Source: the human T2T-CHM13v2.0 reference genome, Homo sapiens
Reading direction: 5' to 3' (one strand)
DNA: 64,000 nucleotides
Assembly: GCF_009914755.1 (NCBI RefSeq)
Contig: NC_060933.1
Positions 31,425 through 46,282 of the stretch are shown one piece after another. The translations under genes were made by a program, and so were the position numbers. Under the pieces are notes generated by a model. The model ran no database searches. It had not been told where the DNA came from and was given only the letters and a program-made list of their open reading frames with translations. Every line of letters starts with the position of its first letter. Position 1 is the first letter of the stretch.

Positions 31425-33765
31425 GAGTGAATCTTTGGAATAGAAAAAAAATAAAGATTTTGCTTTCTCATCATCGTAACACTCTTCTATTCAGTCTAGG
31501 CATAGCTAGTGCAACCTTTTGCTCCACCCAACCAGCTCCATTCCCTTTATCAATTATTTATAATATGCTTGGGTCACTCACGGGAGAAAAACACTGTCAG
31601 CATCAAGAGGTAGCAGAATTTTCAAAATACATTTTGCTGTCTTGAACAAAAAGCTTAACTATTTATTAGTCAGTAGTTCCATATGGTCTTATACTTTTTT
31701 CTGAGTCACAGTTTCACTGTGTCGCCCAGGCTGGAGTGCAGTGGTGTGATCTCCACTCACTATAACCTTCACCTCCTGGTTTAAGTAATTCTTGTGCCTC
31801 AGCCTGTAGCTGGGACTACAGGCGTGCGTCACCATGCCTGGCTAATCTTTCATATTTTTGGTAGATATGGGGTTTTGCCATGTTGCCCAGGCTGGTCTAG
31901 AACTCCTGACCTCAGGTAATCCACTCTCCTCAGCCTCCCAAAGTGCTGGGATTACAGGTGTGAGCCACCACACCCGGCCTGGTCTTATTACTTCTATACA
32001 TAAGACAGGATCTTTCAACATTTATGTAGGTTAATATTTCCCATGTTTTTTGAGGATTCCCAAAAGACTTTGGGGGTTGCCAAAAAACTTTTAGGGGTTG
32101 AATCTTTTCGCAGTAACAGAAAGGGGAAACATCAATCCATGAGAGTTCAGACCAGCAGTTTAATAACACCCTCTTTCATAGCTCAGTTCCCAGTGCATGA
32201 AGAGATTCAAAGCAATCTTCTTGTTCTCAGTTCTTAGAAAGAAAAATTTGAGAGAGATAAAAGCAGTAATTATCTGTATTATTTAATAACTTAAATGTAA
32301 TAGCCTAAGAAAAAACAGATGTCAAAAATATATAGTCTAAAAAAATAGAAGCTAAATCCTTTCCTCCTAGGATGTCTGAAAAGGAGAGACTCTATGGAGT
32401 ATGGATGAAGCAAAAAAGGAGTGATTCCTACTGTGAAAGATGAACTGTGGACATAGTCACTCCAGACCACTGAGAGCAATTAGCCAATTTCATTGTCACC
32501 AGGAGGGCACATACCAGAGAATCTGGGAGAAAGCCTGGGCTAGAGCCCTTAGCATTCTCAGGCTTACTGGTGCTGTGATTCAACAGCCTTTGAGGGGATG
32601 AGGAGAACCAAAGACCACCACCATCACTTGTAAAAAGGATACTATAGCAACAACACAACTGTCAAAAATCACCTAGAGCTTAGACTGTATGCTGTTTGAA
32701 ATCCAGCCTGAGTTGCTTTCTTGTGGAGGTATTGAGACATGTGCAGAGATACCTTAAATATGTGCAGGGGGCCCTTCTTTTTAAAGGACACTTCATGAGC
32801 TCTTTCTGCTCATTAGTTTTCCTAAGAGTTCACCATTTAAGCTAGAAAGATGCTGCAAGCTATCTCAGCTAGCTTCTAATTTGGACATAGCCCCAATACT
32901 ACACACACAATTGAACAAGTGAAGAATCTTCCTGATTCTTCTTTGGACTGAATAGGTGTGATCTTGTTAAGAAAAATATGTAGACTTAGGGCCAGATTTT
33001 ATCAGTCTCCATCCCAGAAAAATGGTGGAGCAAGCCTGGGCTCTTGCATAATTAAATGACTGGCTTTGCCACAACCTTGTACTGTCTTATCCTGGCAGCA
33101 ACTGCTTCGATTTATCATCTTCCTGCTGGACTAATGGTTCTCCAGAGATGTCATCAATCCCATGTACACCAGGTGGATTGAAGCCCAGGTTATATACCCT
33201 GCTGCAAGGAGGGTGAATCCAACGTCGGCTGAGACAATCTTTAAGTGTTTCGAATGGAATCTTCAAACAGATCACTAAATCCACTTCATATATTTTGTCT
33301 TCAAATCAGGGCATTGGTTTGTCCTAAAGTCCTCAGAAAACCATCTGGGAGCCAGTGCTGGTCATACCTGTTCTCCAACTCTGACACCATTAGGTGTGTG
33401 ATCACATGGTCTGGAACCGAAAGACTGTTCTCTGTTTATTGTTTTGCCATGTCAGTAACTTCGGTGTTGGCCTTGGTGTTCTCCCGCAAGAAATGGCCAT
33501 TGGAGAGATGCTGGAGGCCAAACTTCTGGGCCAAGAGGAGCGGCCGGAGGATGACCATGTGCAGGAGTTTGGAAGCCATTGCCTTTGGGAGGAGTGGGGT
33601 GGCCAAAGGCGCAGCCAAGACGACCAGAGGGAGCACCAAGAACTTTGTTTCTTGGCCCCAACCTCTGGCACCCTCTCTGCTGGCTCTGGTACTCTGGTTA
33701 CTCTCCTACTCAGGGAAGGAGAGACTTTTAAGACAACCCCTCCCCTTAGCCCTGTGCGGGGACTA
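31425..33765 (-). pseudogene. Adenylate kinase 4 (AK4) processed pseudogene: 5'UTR, disabled CDS (~33579-32938) and part of 3'UTR
   Basis: Intronless: MASKLL..AQKFGLQHLSNGHFLRENTKANTEV..., VPDHVIT..., IPFETLKDCLSRRWIHPP..RVYNL.FNPP.VHGIDD.SGEPLVQQEDDK..., NKITPIQSKE. Premature TAA at 33436-33438 and frameshifts near 33300 and 33105. UTR extent is from recalled AK4 mRNA and is less certain. Probably the locus annotated AK4P4 in human (recall). Confidence 0.93.
31690..31980 (-). mobile_element. Alu inserted in the AK4 pseudogene 3'UTR
   Basis: Alu consensus; TSD ggtcttat(t)ac. Confidence 0.9.
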
Positions 33766-33774
33766 ACTCAGCCC

Positions 33775-34698
<924 letters not shown>

Positions 34699-37180
34699 TA
34701 CCTAGACTTCACTCTTCTCCCTACTTATAATCTATTGGTACATCCCATTGACTGAACCCAACCAGAGGTCAGAATAACCTGTCAATACCATCTTATAAAG
34801 GTCAACTTCCTGAGTACCAAACAGGGTAAGCAAGGGTGGACAGTGGATATGCAGGGGATCTAGAAAATATTCAGCATATCATCCCACGTTATCTGTAGCC
34901 TTGACTGGGATCCCTAGGGATCTGCCTATTTTATAAGACATTCATTCACTCATTCTTTTGTTCATCAAGTGTTTACTAAGCACCTAGCAATAAGCTATGT
35001 TCTGTGAGGTGTCTAGTAGAGGCTTAAAAATATTAGAAGATGTCGACCCCATTCTCTAAGGGCTCACAGTCCAGAAAGAAGAGCTGATAGTCAACTGACA
35101 CATATTTGAGCACCTCCTATATTCCAGACTCTTTTTCAGGTGCCCAGGATATGGCAGGTCCCAAGACAAATCTTTGTCCTGGCATAACTTACAGACCAGA
35201 GCAGAAGAAAGGGAAGTGGTTGAAAGACCTCATTGAAGGAAGGTTAGCGCTCTCATAGGAGCATTCACTCATCAGGGGAACAAGTAGGGCAGTGAGCATG
35301 GCCACAGAATAGTCAGCAAGAGCTTTCTGGAGGCAAGAAAGAGTATGGTTTGAAGGGCTCTGAGTCAGTGCCTGGAACCCAGATTGGGGAAGTAAAAATG
35401 ATGAGAGATGAAGGCAAGTATTTGCAAAAATATGATTATATTACTAGTCCCAGTGCTGAGAAGTTCCAAAGAGAGGGACAGGTTAAAGCACTGCATGAGC
35501 TCACAGGAGGGTAAGACCATGTTGAACAGACCCTACGAGGACAAGCAAGACTTGGGCATGCAAACAAGAGCCAGACAAAATATTCCAGAGCTCCTGGCTC
35601 ACTGTAATAACTTTCTCAAAGACAGGGGTTCCTATCATCCCTCCCCAGCCTCTGTGCTGCACACAGTGTCCTGCACACCTCCACTCAGTGGCATGCATTC
35701 TGCTAGCCTATAGCTGCCCTTAATTGCCCAGGGAGGCCCACCTCCTCCTCCGGAGCACAAGAGTCAGAGTGGTAAAGAGAAGTTCTCCAAAGAGAGACTC
35801 AAAAGCTTAAGGTAAAATTGTGGGGCAAGTGGGATCCTGGGGTACTACTCAAATCACATCATGCATGGCCCCCTTTTCCTTCATGGTGGTTCTGAGGTCA
35901 GAGAAATGTTCAACAACAATGCACACACTCTCCCAGTTCAACGTCAAGTAGTCATGCTCCATAGAAGCTGGAAGGATGGATGGATGATGGATGGATGGGA
36001 ACATAGCATAACCTAATTCTCTATACTGTGTGGGACCAGGCAGGCTTCAAGCAGTGGTTCCTTCCCCTCACTGAGGCTGGGAGTTCACCAAGTCCCTATA
36101 TGCCTGGCTCTGCCCTAGTCCCTCTCGCAGACATGAACTAATTTCATACTTGCAAGAACCTTGAGAGGTGACTATTGTTTGCTCCATGTAATGCATGGTA
36201 GCTTAGTAACCTATTCCAAACATCATGGCTAGCAAGAGGTGAATTTAGACTTGACTCTAATGCCTCTGACTCCAAGTCATGTCCTCTCTCTGTGTTCCTT
36301 TTCCATTTGCTTCCTCTTTTCTTTTCCTTTTCCTAATTATTTAGCAGGAAGTCCTTCTGAAACGGGATCTTCTCTGTTCTAAACAGGACTTAATGGAATA
36401 CTCTCCTTGGCAAAGACACTTTCATTTCTGTGAATTATGGGAGCTCTTGCTACTCTCTTGGGAGTGACTTGTTCTTTTAACCTTTCAAAGCACTTCCCCA
36501 CCCCTCATAACATTTAAACCTTACAAGAACCATATAGGATAATTAGGTAAAGTTATGATCCATAGTTTTAGATAAGTAAACACAGGCTCTGAGGAATTTA
36601 ATAACTAATCTGAAAATCATGCAGCCTTACCCTGAGACAAAACAAGAAAGACTCTCCAGAGTTCCAATCTCTTCCTCCTGGCCTAGAAATGGCAAGTGGG
36701 CAACATCTTTTACGGAGAGAAGTTCCGAGGCGAAGTTCAGGGAATGAGAAAGACCTGTGATCAGTTGACAATGCCTGTCATGGGTGAGAAAAAGGAAAAT
36801 AGAGGCACATGTGCTTGGTATTTGCTATCCCAACTTACCCATAACTATTTCAAAGCCTTAAGTTGTTTCTCACCTTAATGAGGAATTATGTTAATTCCCT
36901 TACAAGTAAGGCCTGGCACATAGTTGATGCTTACTATAGAGACGTACTATAATTTACTGAGTGACTGCTATTCCTCAGGCACTGTGCCAGGCTACATAGC
37001 TACATTCAAGTGTATCATTACTAAGTATTTAGATTTACTAAATTTAAACACAGCCTTAGATATACTTTGAAAAAACCACACCCCTGTATTACACAGGTCT
37101 TAGTACCAGAATTTTTAATATCTTAATAAAGAATTCTTACATGCTAAATAAGCTCAACTTAAGTTTATTAAGAAAGCATT

Positions 37181-37470
37181 GGTCAGGCACAGTGGCTTAT
37201 GTCTATAATTTCAGCACATTGAGAGGCTAAGACTGGAGGATTGCTTGAGCCCAGTTTGAGACCAGCCGGGGCAGTATAGTGAGACCTTGTCTCTACCAAA
37301 AAAAAAAAAAAAGTTTTAATTAGCCAGGTGTGGTAGTGCATACCTGTAGTCCCAGCTACTTGGGAGGCTGAGTCAGGAGGATTGCTTGAGCCCAGGAAAT
37401 AGAGGTTGCAGTAAGCTGTAATTGTGCCACTGTCTGCAGCCAGACCCTGTTTCCAAAAAAAAAAAAAAGA
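37181..37470 (+). mobile_element. AluJ
   Basis: Alu consensus. Confidence 0.88.
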
Positions 37471-38029
37471 AGGAAGGAAGCATTTATATTTATAACTGGG
37501 ATAAATGCACTGTCAGTATTTTAGGGATGAAGTTTACTGCCAGCAAGCACAGTGAGGGCAGGAGCTCTGTTCCATTCATCTTTATGTCTCCAGTGTCTGG
37601 CCAGCTGTACATTAATATAAATATGGATGGATAAGTGAGTAAATGAATGAAGCTCAGAGCCATAACGTATGGGCTCAATTGCTCATAACGTAACCAATGG
37701 CAAGTGACATACTACATGTTCTCTCTCTAGTGGCCATGAAAGTTGCAAGGACAATTTTATCAACTTCGGTCCACAATTTTTTTTTTTTTTGTAGAGATGG
37801 GGGGGGTCTCACTCTGTTGCCCAGGCTGGCCTCGAACTCCTGGCCTCAAGCAATCCTCCTGCCTCAGCATCCCAAAGTGCTGGGATTACAGGCATAAGCA
37901 ACCATATCTGGCCTCATTAAAAAAAAATTGTAGAGACAGTCTCCCTGTGTTGCCCAGGCTGGTCTCAAACTCCTGGTCTCAAGTGATCTTCCTGCCTCAG
38001 TCTCCCAGTAATCATGATAATGGATTATT

Positions 38030-38254
38030 ATGGTGGCTGGTTCCCTTTAAAAGGGTCATTTCACTGTCCCACCTCCACCCTCTCTCACTCTCTCTCCTTC
38101 TGTCATGTGATAATGTAGCAAGAAGGCCCTCACCAGATGCCAGCACCTTGATATTGGAGTTCCAGCCTCCAGTACTATGAGCCCATACATTTCTGTTCAT
38201 TGTAATTTCCCAGTCTGTGGTATTCTGTTATAGCCACACAAAATGGACTGAGAC
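38030..38254 (+). mobile_element. MST-family MaLR LTR 3' fragment (preceded by two minus-strand Alu left-arm fragments, 37775-38010)
   Basis: GCAAGAAGGCCCTCACCAGATGCCAGCACCTTGATATTGGA...AAAATGGACTGAGACA. Confidence 0.8.
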
Positions 38255-38333
38255 AGGGATCTAGTAAGAAGCTATGCTCTCTGTCAAAATGTTTCTGCAT
38301 TTCTGAGAGGCAGTGAACCCACAATGGCTTAGG

Positions 38334-38336
<3 letters not shown>

Positions 38337-38385
<49 letters not shown>
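38337..38385. repeat. (TG)24 microsatellite
   Basis: Direct read. Confidence 0.97.
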
Positions 38386-38389
<4 letters not shown>

Positions 38390-39189
38390 GCTAAGAAAAA
38401 GTAAAGTACTGGAGAGGGAAAAAAAAATCAGTTAATAACTCAAAGTATTATCCCAGGATGTCATCATTGGCCTTAGCTGTGCTGAATTTGGGTGAAAAAA
38501 AAGTAAGATTTAAGGAAATATATTCTACACTCTTTCTACTCAAGGTACAGGGTTGAGTTTTCAAAATCATACTTGCTGGGTTTTTTTTTACTATTTTATT
38601 GAGGTATTCAGTACCACCTTTAACAAGGAGAAAGCAGGAGCCATGTGTGTCAATCTTGATTAAAGACCTATTTGTCTTCTTTTACAGATGGCACTAAAAG
38701 CAGATTCCTTTCTCACTAAGAAGTGGACAGTTAACTGTAGACTTAGATGCACAAGACAGGGCCTCTGGAAACCTGGCAAGAGACGGAGATGGAAAGTACT
38801 AAGCCAGTAAGGGGCCCTAGGGCTCCACTCTCTTCCCAGTGCAGGCAGAGCTCTAGTGTTGACCCCAGAGAAGAGAGGAAGGGTTTTTTTTTTTTTTTTT
38901 TTTTTTTTTGGTCTGCCCAGAAAAAGAATAGTCCAAGGTCAAAGGATCTCAGCAGGTGCAACAGCAACATCAGGGGAGGGGGACTGCTCATTCTGTTTCT
39001 CCAGGCCACCCTGGGGAGATGGCTCCTGGCCCTTCTCTTTTCATGGGGCCAGTTGAGTGTAGTCCCTCCTGTTACCAAAAGTGGTCAGATAATCAGGGGC
39101 TGTCCCTCTAGACACAATCCAACCACTAGTCTTTTAAAAGTTAAAGTTTTTTAAAAAATCACATTTTAATTTTTTTTTAAAAAAAAGTA

Positions 39190-39815
<626 letters not shown>

Positions 39816-42393
39816 AAAATCACATTTCTTCATTTTATACATAACATTGGTGCCTAAACCAAAACCCTTGTATTATCATCAAGGGTCATCCTTGATTAAC
39901 CGGCTTAATCCTTAAGGCCCACAACTGATCACCAAGGTGAGTTCTCATTCCAAAGGAGTGTCTACTTGTTGGGGCCATGGGTTGGTTCTCAGGTCCTATA
40001 AATGGACTTGTCCCAGGAGCCCCAACCAAGACTGTGTGACAATCCAATAAAATGCAATAAGAAAGCCAGAATCCAATGGTCTCCCTTAAATGAGGCAGTG
40101 TTAATGGAGCAGACAGAGATTTATGTGCAAGAGGAAGAGACTAAAACATCTGTTTGTGGTAGTGCAAAAATTCAGAGAAAGTTTCTTTTGAGCCCATTTT
40201 TGCTTTGAGTTTGGAAACCCAGCTCCTGGGGCAATGGAAATACCCCTAGTATCCAATAATTACAGCAGCAAGAAACCCTGTCTTCATAGGGAAAGGACAA
40301 AGACCCTGCTATCTTAGGCTAGTACTGCCAGTTTAAAGGCCTCATTAGACATGTAATGTTAGAAATGTTACATTTCCAATGATGGGCAGCTTCAGTGCCT
40401 TTGTACTTTGCAACAGAGTTTAAAGGCAATACTTTCAAAGCAGGAGTTTCTGCAATGTTGCCAATGACTTTAAAGTAGACGATGCCAGAACCTGGGATTT
40501 GGCATATCCCAAGGACTCCCTTTCCATCACCACAACATTCTTATGTCTAAACCATAGGAAAGACAGTTTCCCATTACTCCTTGCATCAAGGCTACTGTTG
40601 TTTTACTGAGGTAAGAAAATGAAAATGATAAGAACCAGAGGGCAAAGCCTGCCCTACCCAGTGGTGACAATAATGAGGGTGTGTCCAGCTGGGGAGAGGG
40701 CAGAGTCCTCAGATGACCTTGTTTGGGGCTGGCACAGGTCCTCCTTCCCTGTCTGGGTGCAGTTACATATCAACAAGCGTTACTGTTGATATACTATGTA
40801 AGGATCAGAGGGAAGGTCAAAAGCTTGCCTGCCCTTGGGAAGCTGGGTGGAGCTTCTTGGAGCCTTCAAAAAATAATTTTAAAAGACAATTTCCTATTAC
40901 AGAAGCTACATGTATTCATCATCAAAACTTAGCAGACATATGTGTATCTTTTATTATTATAATTAACAAAAATGGGAACATTCTATTTTATAACTGGCTT
41001 CTTTCACATAATAATACAGTATGGGCATTTTCTGGTGTCAATAAATATTTACCTATATCATTTTTAGTGACTGAATAATAGTTCAGTAGTATAGATCTAC
41101 TGTACTTTATTTGAAATCTTTTATTAGGTATTTAGATCATTTCCAATTTTTTACTTCTATAAACATCACCATACTGGACATCCTTGTAAAATACATTTCT
41201 GTTGTCTATGCCCATTTTAAAAAAGCTTATGATAGATATGGCCAAACTGCCCTCCAGAATTGCACATTTTCACTAGTCATGAAGTAGCATGTCAATTTGA
41301 CTGTTGGAAATTGGTAGCTGAATGTGGTTTTAATTTACATTTCATTGATCAATGAAGTTGAACATTTTCCTCATAGACTTGTTGCTTGAGGCCATTTTCA
41401 AAAGGAAATAGGATCTCTGGGTGAGGAGTGTTCTGTTCCTCTATTCTCCCTATCAGTGCAAGCCACTGTTTACTCAGTAAGGGAAAGGGCCAACCTGGAG
41501 AAACATCATTAAGCAGGCAAGACTCCTCACCAAGAACCCATCCTCCCAGATGAGATTCCAGTACCCCCACTCACCCTGCAAAACCCACTGTCAAGGAAGA
41601 ACTGAAAGCTCATTTATACTAGAGTAGAAGTAATTAATAGCACTTTTGTTGAGCTATCCTTCCCAGGCTATTTAACCTCACCCCCGTGGGGAGGGGGGCG
41701 AGCGGGTATTTGACCCTTCTAAAAGCCTCAAGTGAAGGGAACAAAGCTGTCAAAATGACAGGCTTTCCTCAGGGGGTGGTAGAGATGTTTGGGGCAGGTG
41801 GAAGAAGCCAGCTTTTCCAGATCCGCAAGAATTCTGGCACCTTCCTTACCAGGATGTAGGCAGGCCTGGAGAAGAAGAGGCTGATCACTGGACAGGAGGC
41901 TTGTATTTCAGCATTAACCCCTGTATTCCCTGAGGCTCCATTCTGAACTTTAGTTAGGAGGTGTCTTGCAGAGTTCTTTGCAACTATTGGTGCCTAATGT
42001 GTGTGGATGGTGAGTTCCAGTGTGGTGGCATGATATTAAAATAAATGAACTAACACCTTTTCTGCAAGATAACAGGCTGCTTCAGATATAACATGAGATC
42101 CTAACTTGTGACTCAATAATATTTCTTTGGAGAGTTGTTTCACGGAAAAAAAAATTACTGAAGGAAAAATCCTGTATTTATGAAGATGTTTTTTGCAACA
42201 CAATTGGCCAAACATTTAGAAATGCGGTAGTAAATTATGGTACAATTGCTAGATTAAAAATTACACAATCATTAAAAATGATCATCAGGACATAGGAAGA
42301 TGTTCCTTTATATAAAAGTAAATGAAAAATTTATACATATACATATGTATATATAAAAAATTATGCCCAATCATACTTTAAAATTTATATGTA

Positions 42394-43081
<688 letters not shown>

Positions 43082-43432
43082 CTAAAAGTTAGCAGGGTTT
43101 ATATCTGGGTTCTGACATTAATAGTAATTTAAATTTTCTTCCTCATTCTTTTTGCATTTTCCAAGTTTTTGGCAGTAAGTGTGTTACTTTTAATAATAAT
43201 TTTTTAATCAAATAATTGTGAACACTTTATCATTATGTGATTGTTGTACGGTAGAATATAAATGAATAAAAGCAGATTTTAAACACGTAGGTGTGCTATT
43301 ACACATAATACACTTCCATTTTGGGGGGTAAATTGCAGATGAGCCCCTCTCTTACACCAGTTTCCATTGGTGTTGGGACTATATTGTTTGTAGAACTATT
43401 ACTAGTTACCTCTTTGATTTCTAGATCGAACA

Positions 43433-43586
43433 GGATATATTGTTTGGATAATATTTCTTCTGTTTCGGGGAACAGAACCAATATTATCCAAACAACATAC
43501 CCAAACAATAGGATCCAACAATAGTGGGGAGAGGATAAGTAGGCAGAGGATTGTTGGATCCTACTGTTTGGATATATACAAACAGA
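43433..43586. repeat. Cluster of near-perfect inverted repeats (two adjacent hairpins)
   Basis: 43440-43455/43480-43495 pair 16/16; 43458-43464/43471-43477 pair 7/7; 43501-43522/43550-43571 pair 21/22. Confidence 0.9.
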
Positions 43587-44086
43587 GCTGCTCCTCCACA
43601 CAGCCTGGGGGCTGTGCGAGAATGCTATTAATATGCAGATTATGACAAACAGCCCAGAATTGGTAGCTCACTTGATGCTTTTGAAATCACTTGTACACAG
43701 ATTATCTCACCTCCCTCTCAACCACTCCAAAAGACTGATTTAGGTCAAGAACAGATGAACTTGTAATTTCATAGAACTGGAGGCATGGGAAACTAAGGAA
43801 ACCTGTAATCAAATTTGAACAGAAGGTCTTCAAACCCAAAGTACTTGATTTGAATTAATAGTATTATAAAAGTTTTTTCAAAAATCTGAGTGGCGATGAG
43901 AGGGTCAGATGATGACCCAGCTGTGGGAAGAGAGGGTGGGGATGGGCAAAGAGCAAGGTATGTATATTAGTGCTGTGCTTCCTGTTCCTTTTCTATTCGT
44001 GAGCCCTCAGGCAAGTTACACAAGCTCCCTGAGCCTCATTGGCCTCATCTGTAAAATGGGACTGGTAATAAGAATGGGTTGTTTGA

Positions 44087-44365
44087 GGCCAGGCACAGTG
44101 GCTCATGCCTATAATCCCAGCACTTTGGGAGGCTGAGGCAGAAGGATTGCTTGAACCCAGGAGTTTGAGCAACATGGTGAGACCCCATCTCTACAAGAAA
44201 ATTTAAAAATTACCTGAGCATGCCGGCGCACACCTATAGTCCTGGCTACTTGGCAGGCTGACACAGGAGGATCACTTGAGCTGAGGAGGTCAAGGCTGCA
44301 GTGGGCCATGATTACACCACTACGCTCCAGCCTGGGCAACAGAGCAAGACTCTGTCTTGGAAAAA
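44087..44365 (+). mobile_element. AluJ
   Basis: Alu consensus. Confidence 0.88.
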
Positions 44366-44779
44366 CGGGGGAGTGGGGGGGTCTTGTTTGAAAACCAAAT
44401 GAGTTAATTTGTATGTATAACATGTGCAGAGTATGCTCATTAAATGAGTATTATATTTCTTATTTTCTGAAAAACCAGGAAAACAGTACTTTCTTATTTC
44501 TTCTTCAGAAGATGGGGCCAAGAGGGTGGGGAAGCCCACAGCCATTGCCTTGTCTTAGTAGGTCTAGGAGGCAGGGGGAGGCCTCTGCCATCCTTGCATG
44601 GTTGGGAAGAAGTAGAATTATACAGCAGTGACCCCAAAGGCCGACCTTGAGCAGCTAGAGGATAGGGGAGGTGGGCATCACTCACTTTGCAGTTTTGCCA
44701 GCGTGTCACTGTGGCTGACTGACCACCTCTGGCCAAGTTTGAAATAAAGACAGGGTGAGCTGAAATTCACATGACTGAG

Positions 44780-45055
44780 AGGCAGTGGAGCAGAGTGGTT
44801 CATGGTCTAGATTTCAGAGCCAGTTCAGCTGGGTTGGAATCCCTGTCTCTCCACATCCCGGCTGTGGCACCTGGCCGTGTTACTGAGTCCCCCTTTGCCT
44901 AAGTTTCCTCATCTGATGAAAAAGGAATGATGATGATGATGATGATGATGATAACAGTACCAACCTCTCAGTGTTGTTTTGAAGATTAAAGGAGTCCATT
45001 TGTATGAAGTGTTTAGAACTGCATCTGGCATGTGGCAGGGGTTTGCTCTTATTAT
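44780..45055 (+). mobile_element. MIR with internal (GAT)n
   Basis: MIR core plus ATG/GAT repeat ~44928-44952. Confidence 0.75.
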
Positions 45056-45979
45056 TAGGCACACACTATGGAATGAATAGGAGAGACAATTTAGGTCAGA
45101 AAAGGTATCTGAGATATTGTTTCCCTGGATCACAGTTTACACTTGTAGACAGGTGGCAGAGAGCTTCAGAAAGGCTTGTTCAAGCTCAGATAGTCAGATG
45201 GCAGGAGGGAGGCCAAGAACCTTGGCTCCTCAACCCTTGGTCTCTGTGCTCCCTATGTAGCCACACTTGTGAATCCAGGCAAAGTTGTGTCATGAATATG
45301 AGACATCACCAGCTCTCTCATTGCTATGTCACCTCTGTGGGACCCCAGGAATCTATAGGCTCCCCACCTTAGCTGGAACAAAAGCTGGAATAAAGCAGGT
45401 AACAGGGTCAGCAGAGTTACCCTAAGTCGTTTGGGACTGCAGACAAGTTCATGGGAAAGGAAAGTTACTTGTTTGGTACCAAAAGCCACCAGCCAGCTAA
45501 AGAAACAACCCTGCCCTGGGGGTTAGAACGGCAGCCCCCGCTGAGGCAACTGGCCCAGCATTCCAGGGATTCAGACAACCCGAGAGCACGTACTCTGGAG
45601 GGAATATCGTGGCAGAAAACCGGGCCTCACAGTTACTGCTGGTCACATGACCCTCTGGTAAAGGCTAAGCGCAAACAGCAGAGAAGGAAATCTGATTTTT
45701 CCATAGGAAGACATGCTCTAATAAGGTTCTGATCTTTTCAATATCATTCATTACTTAATATAAAATATTATGCCAAAACATAATACCAAATAAATACCGC
45801 AGTAAACCATGCTAATCATAAACAATTAGAAAACATAGAAAACGTAATGAAGAAAGTAGAATTATCATTTTTATGTGGTTCTTTTTGGCTGTTTATGTGT
45901 ATATAATATATAACTTGACACAATTTAGGTTATAAAGTACATTAAATTGTATATTCTGAATTTGGTATATTATTTCTTT

Positions 45980-46282
45980 TATTTATTATTTATTTATTCT
46001 TGAGACAGGGTCTCACTCTGACAGCAAGCCTGGAGTGCAGCGGTACGATCATGATTCACTGCCTTGACCTCCTGGGCTTCAGCAATCCTCCCACCTCAGC
46101 CTCCTGAGTAGCAGAGATAACAGGTGTGTGCCATCATGCTTAGCTAATTTTTGAAATTTTTTGTAGAGCTAGGATCTCACTATCTTACCCAGGCTGATCT
46201 TGAACTCCTGGGCGCAAGCACTCCTCCTGCCTTGGCCTCCCAAAGTGCTGGAATTACAAGGGTGAGCCACTGTTCCTGGCCT
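45980..46282 (-). mobile_element. AluJ within an old L1 remnant
   Basis: Alu consensus; TSD ttggtatattat. Confidence 0.85.
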
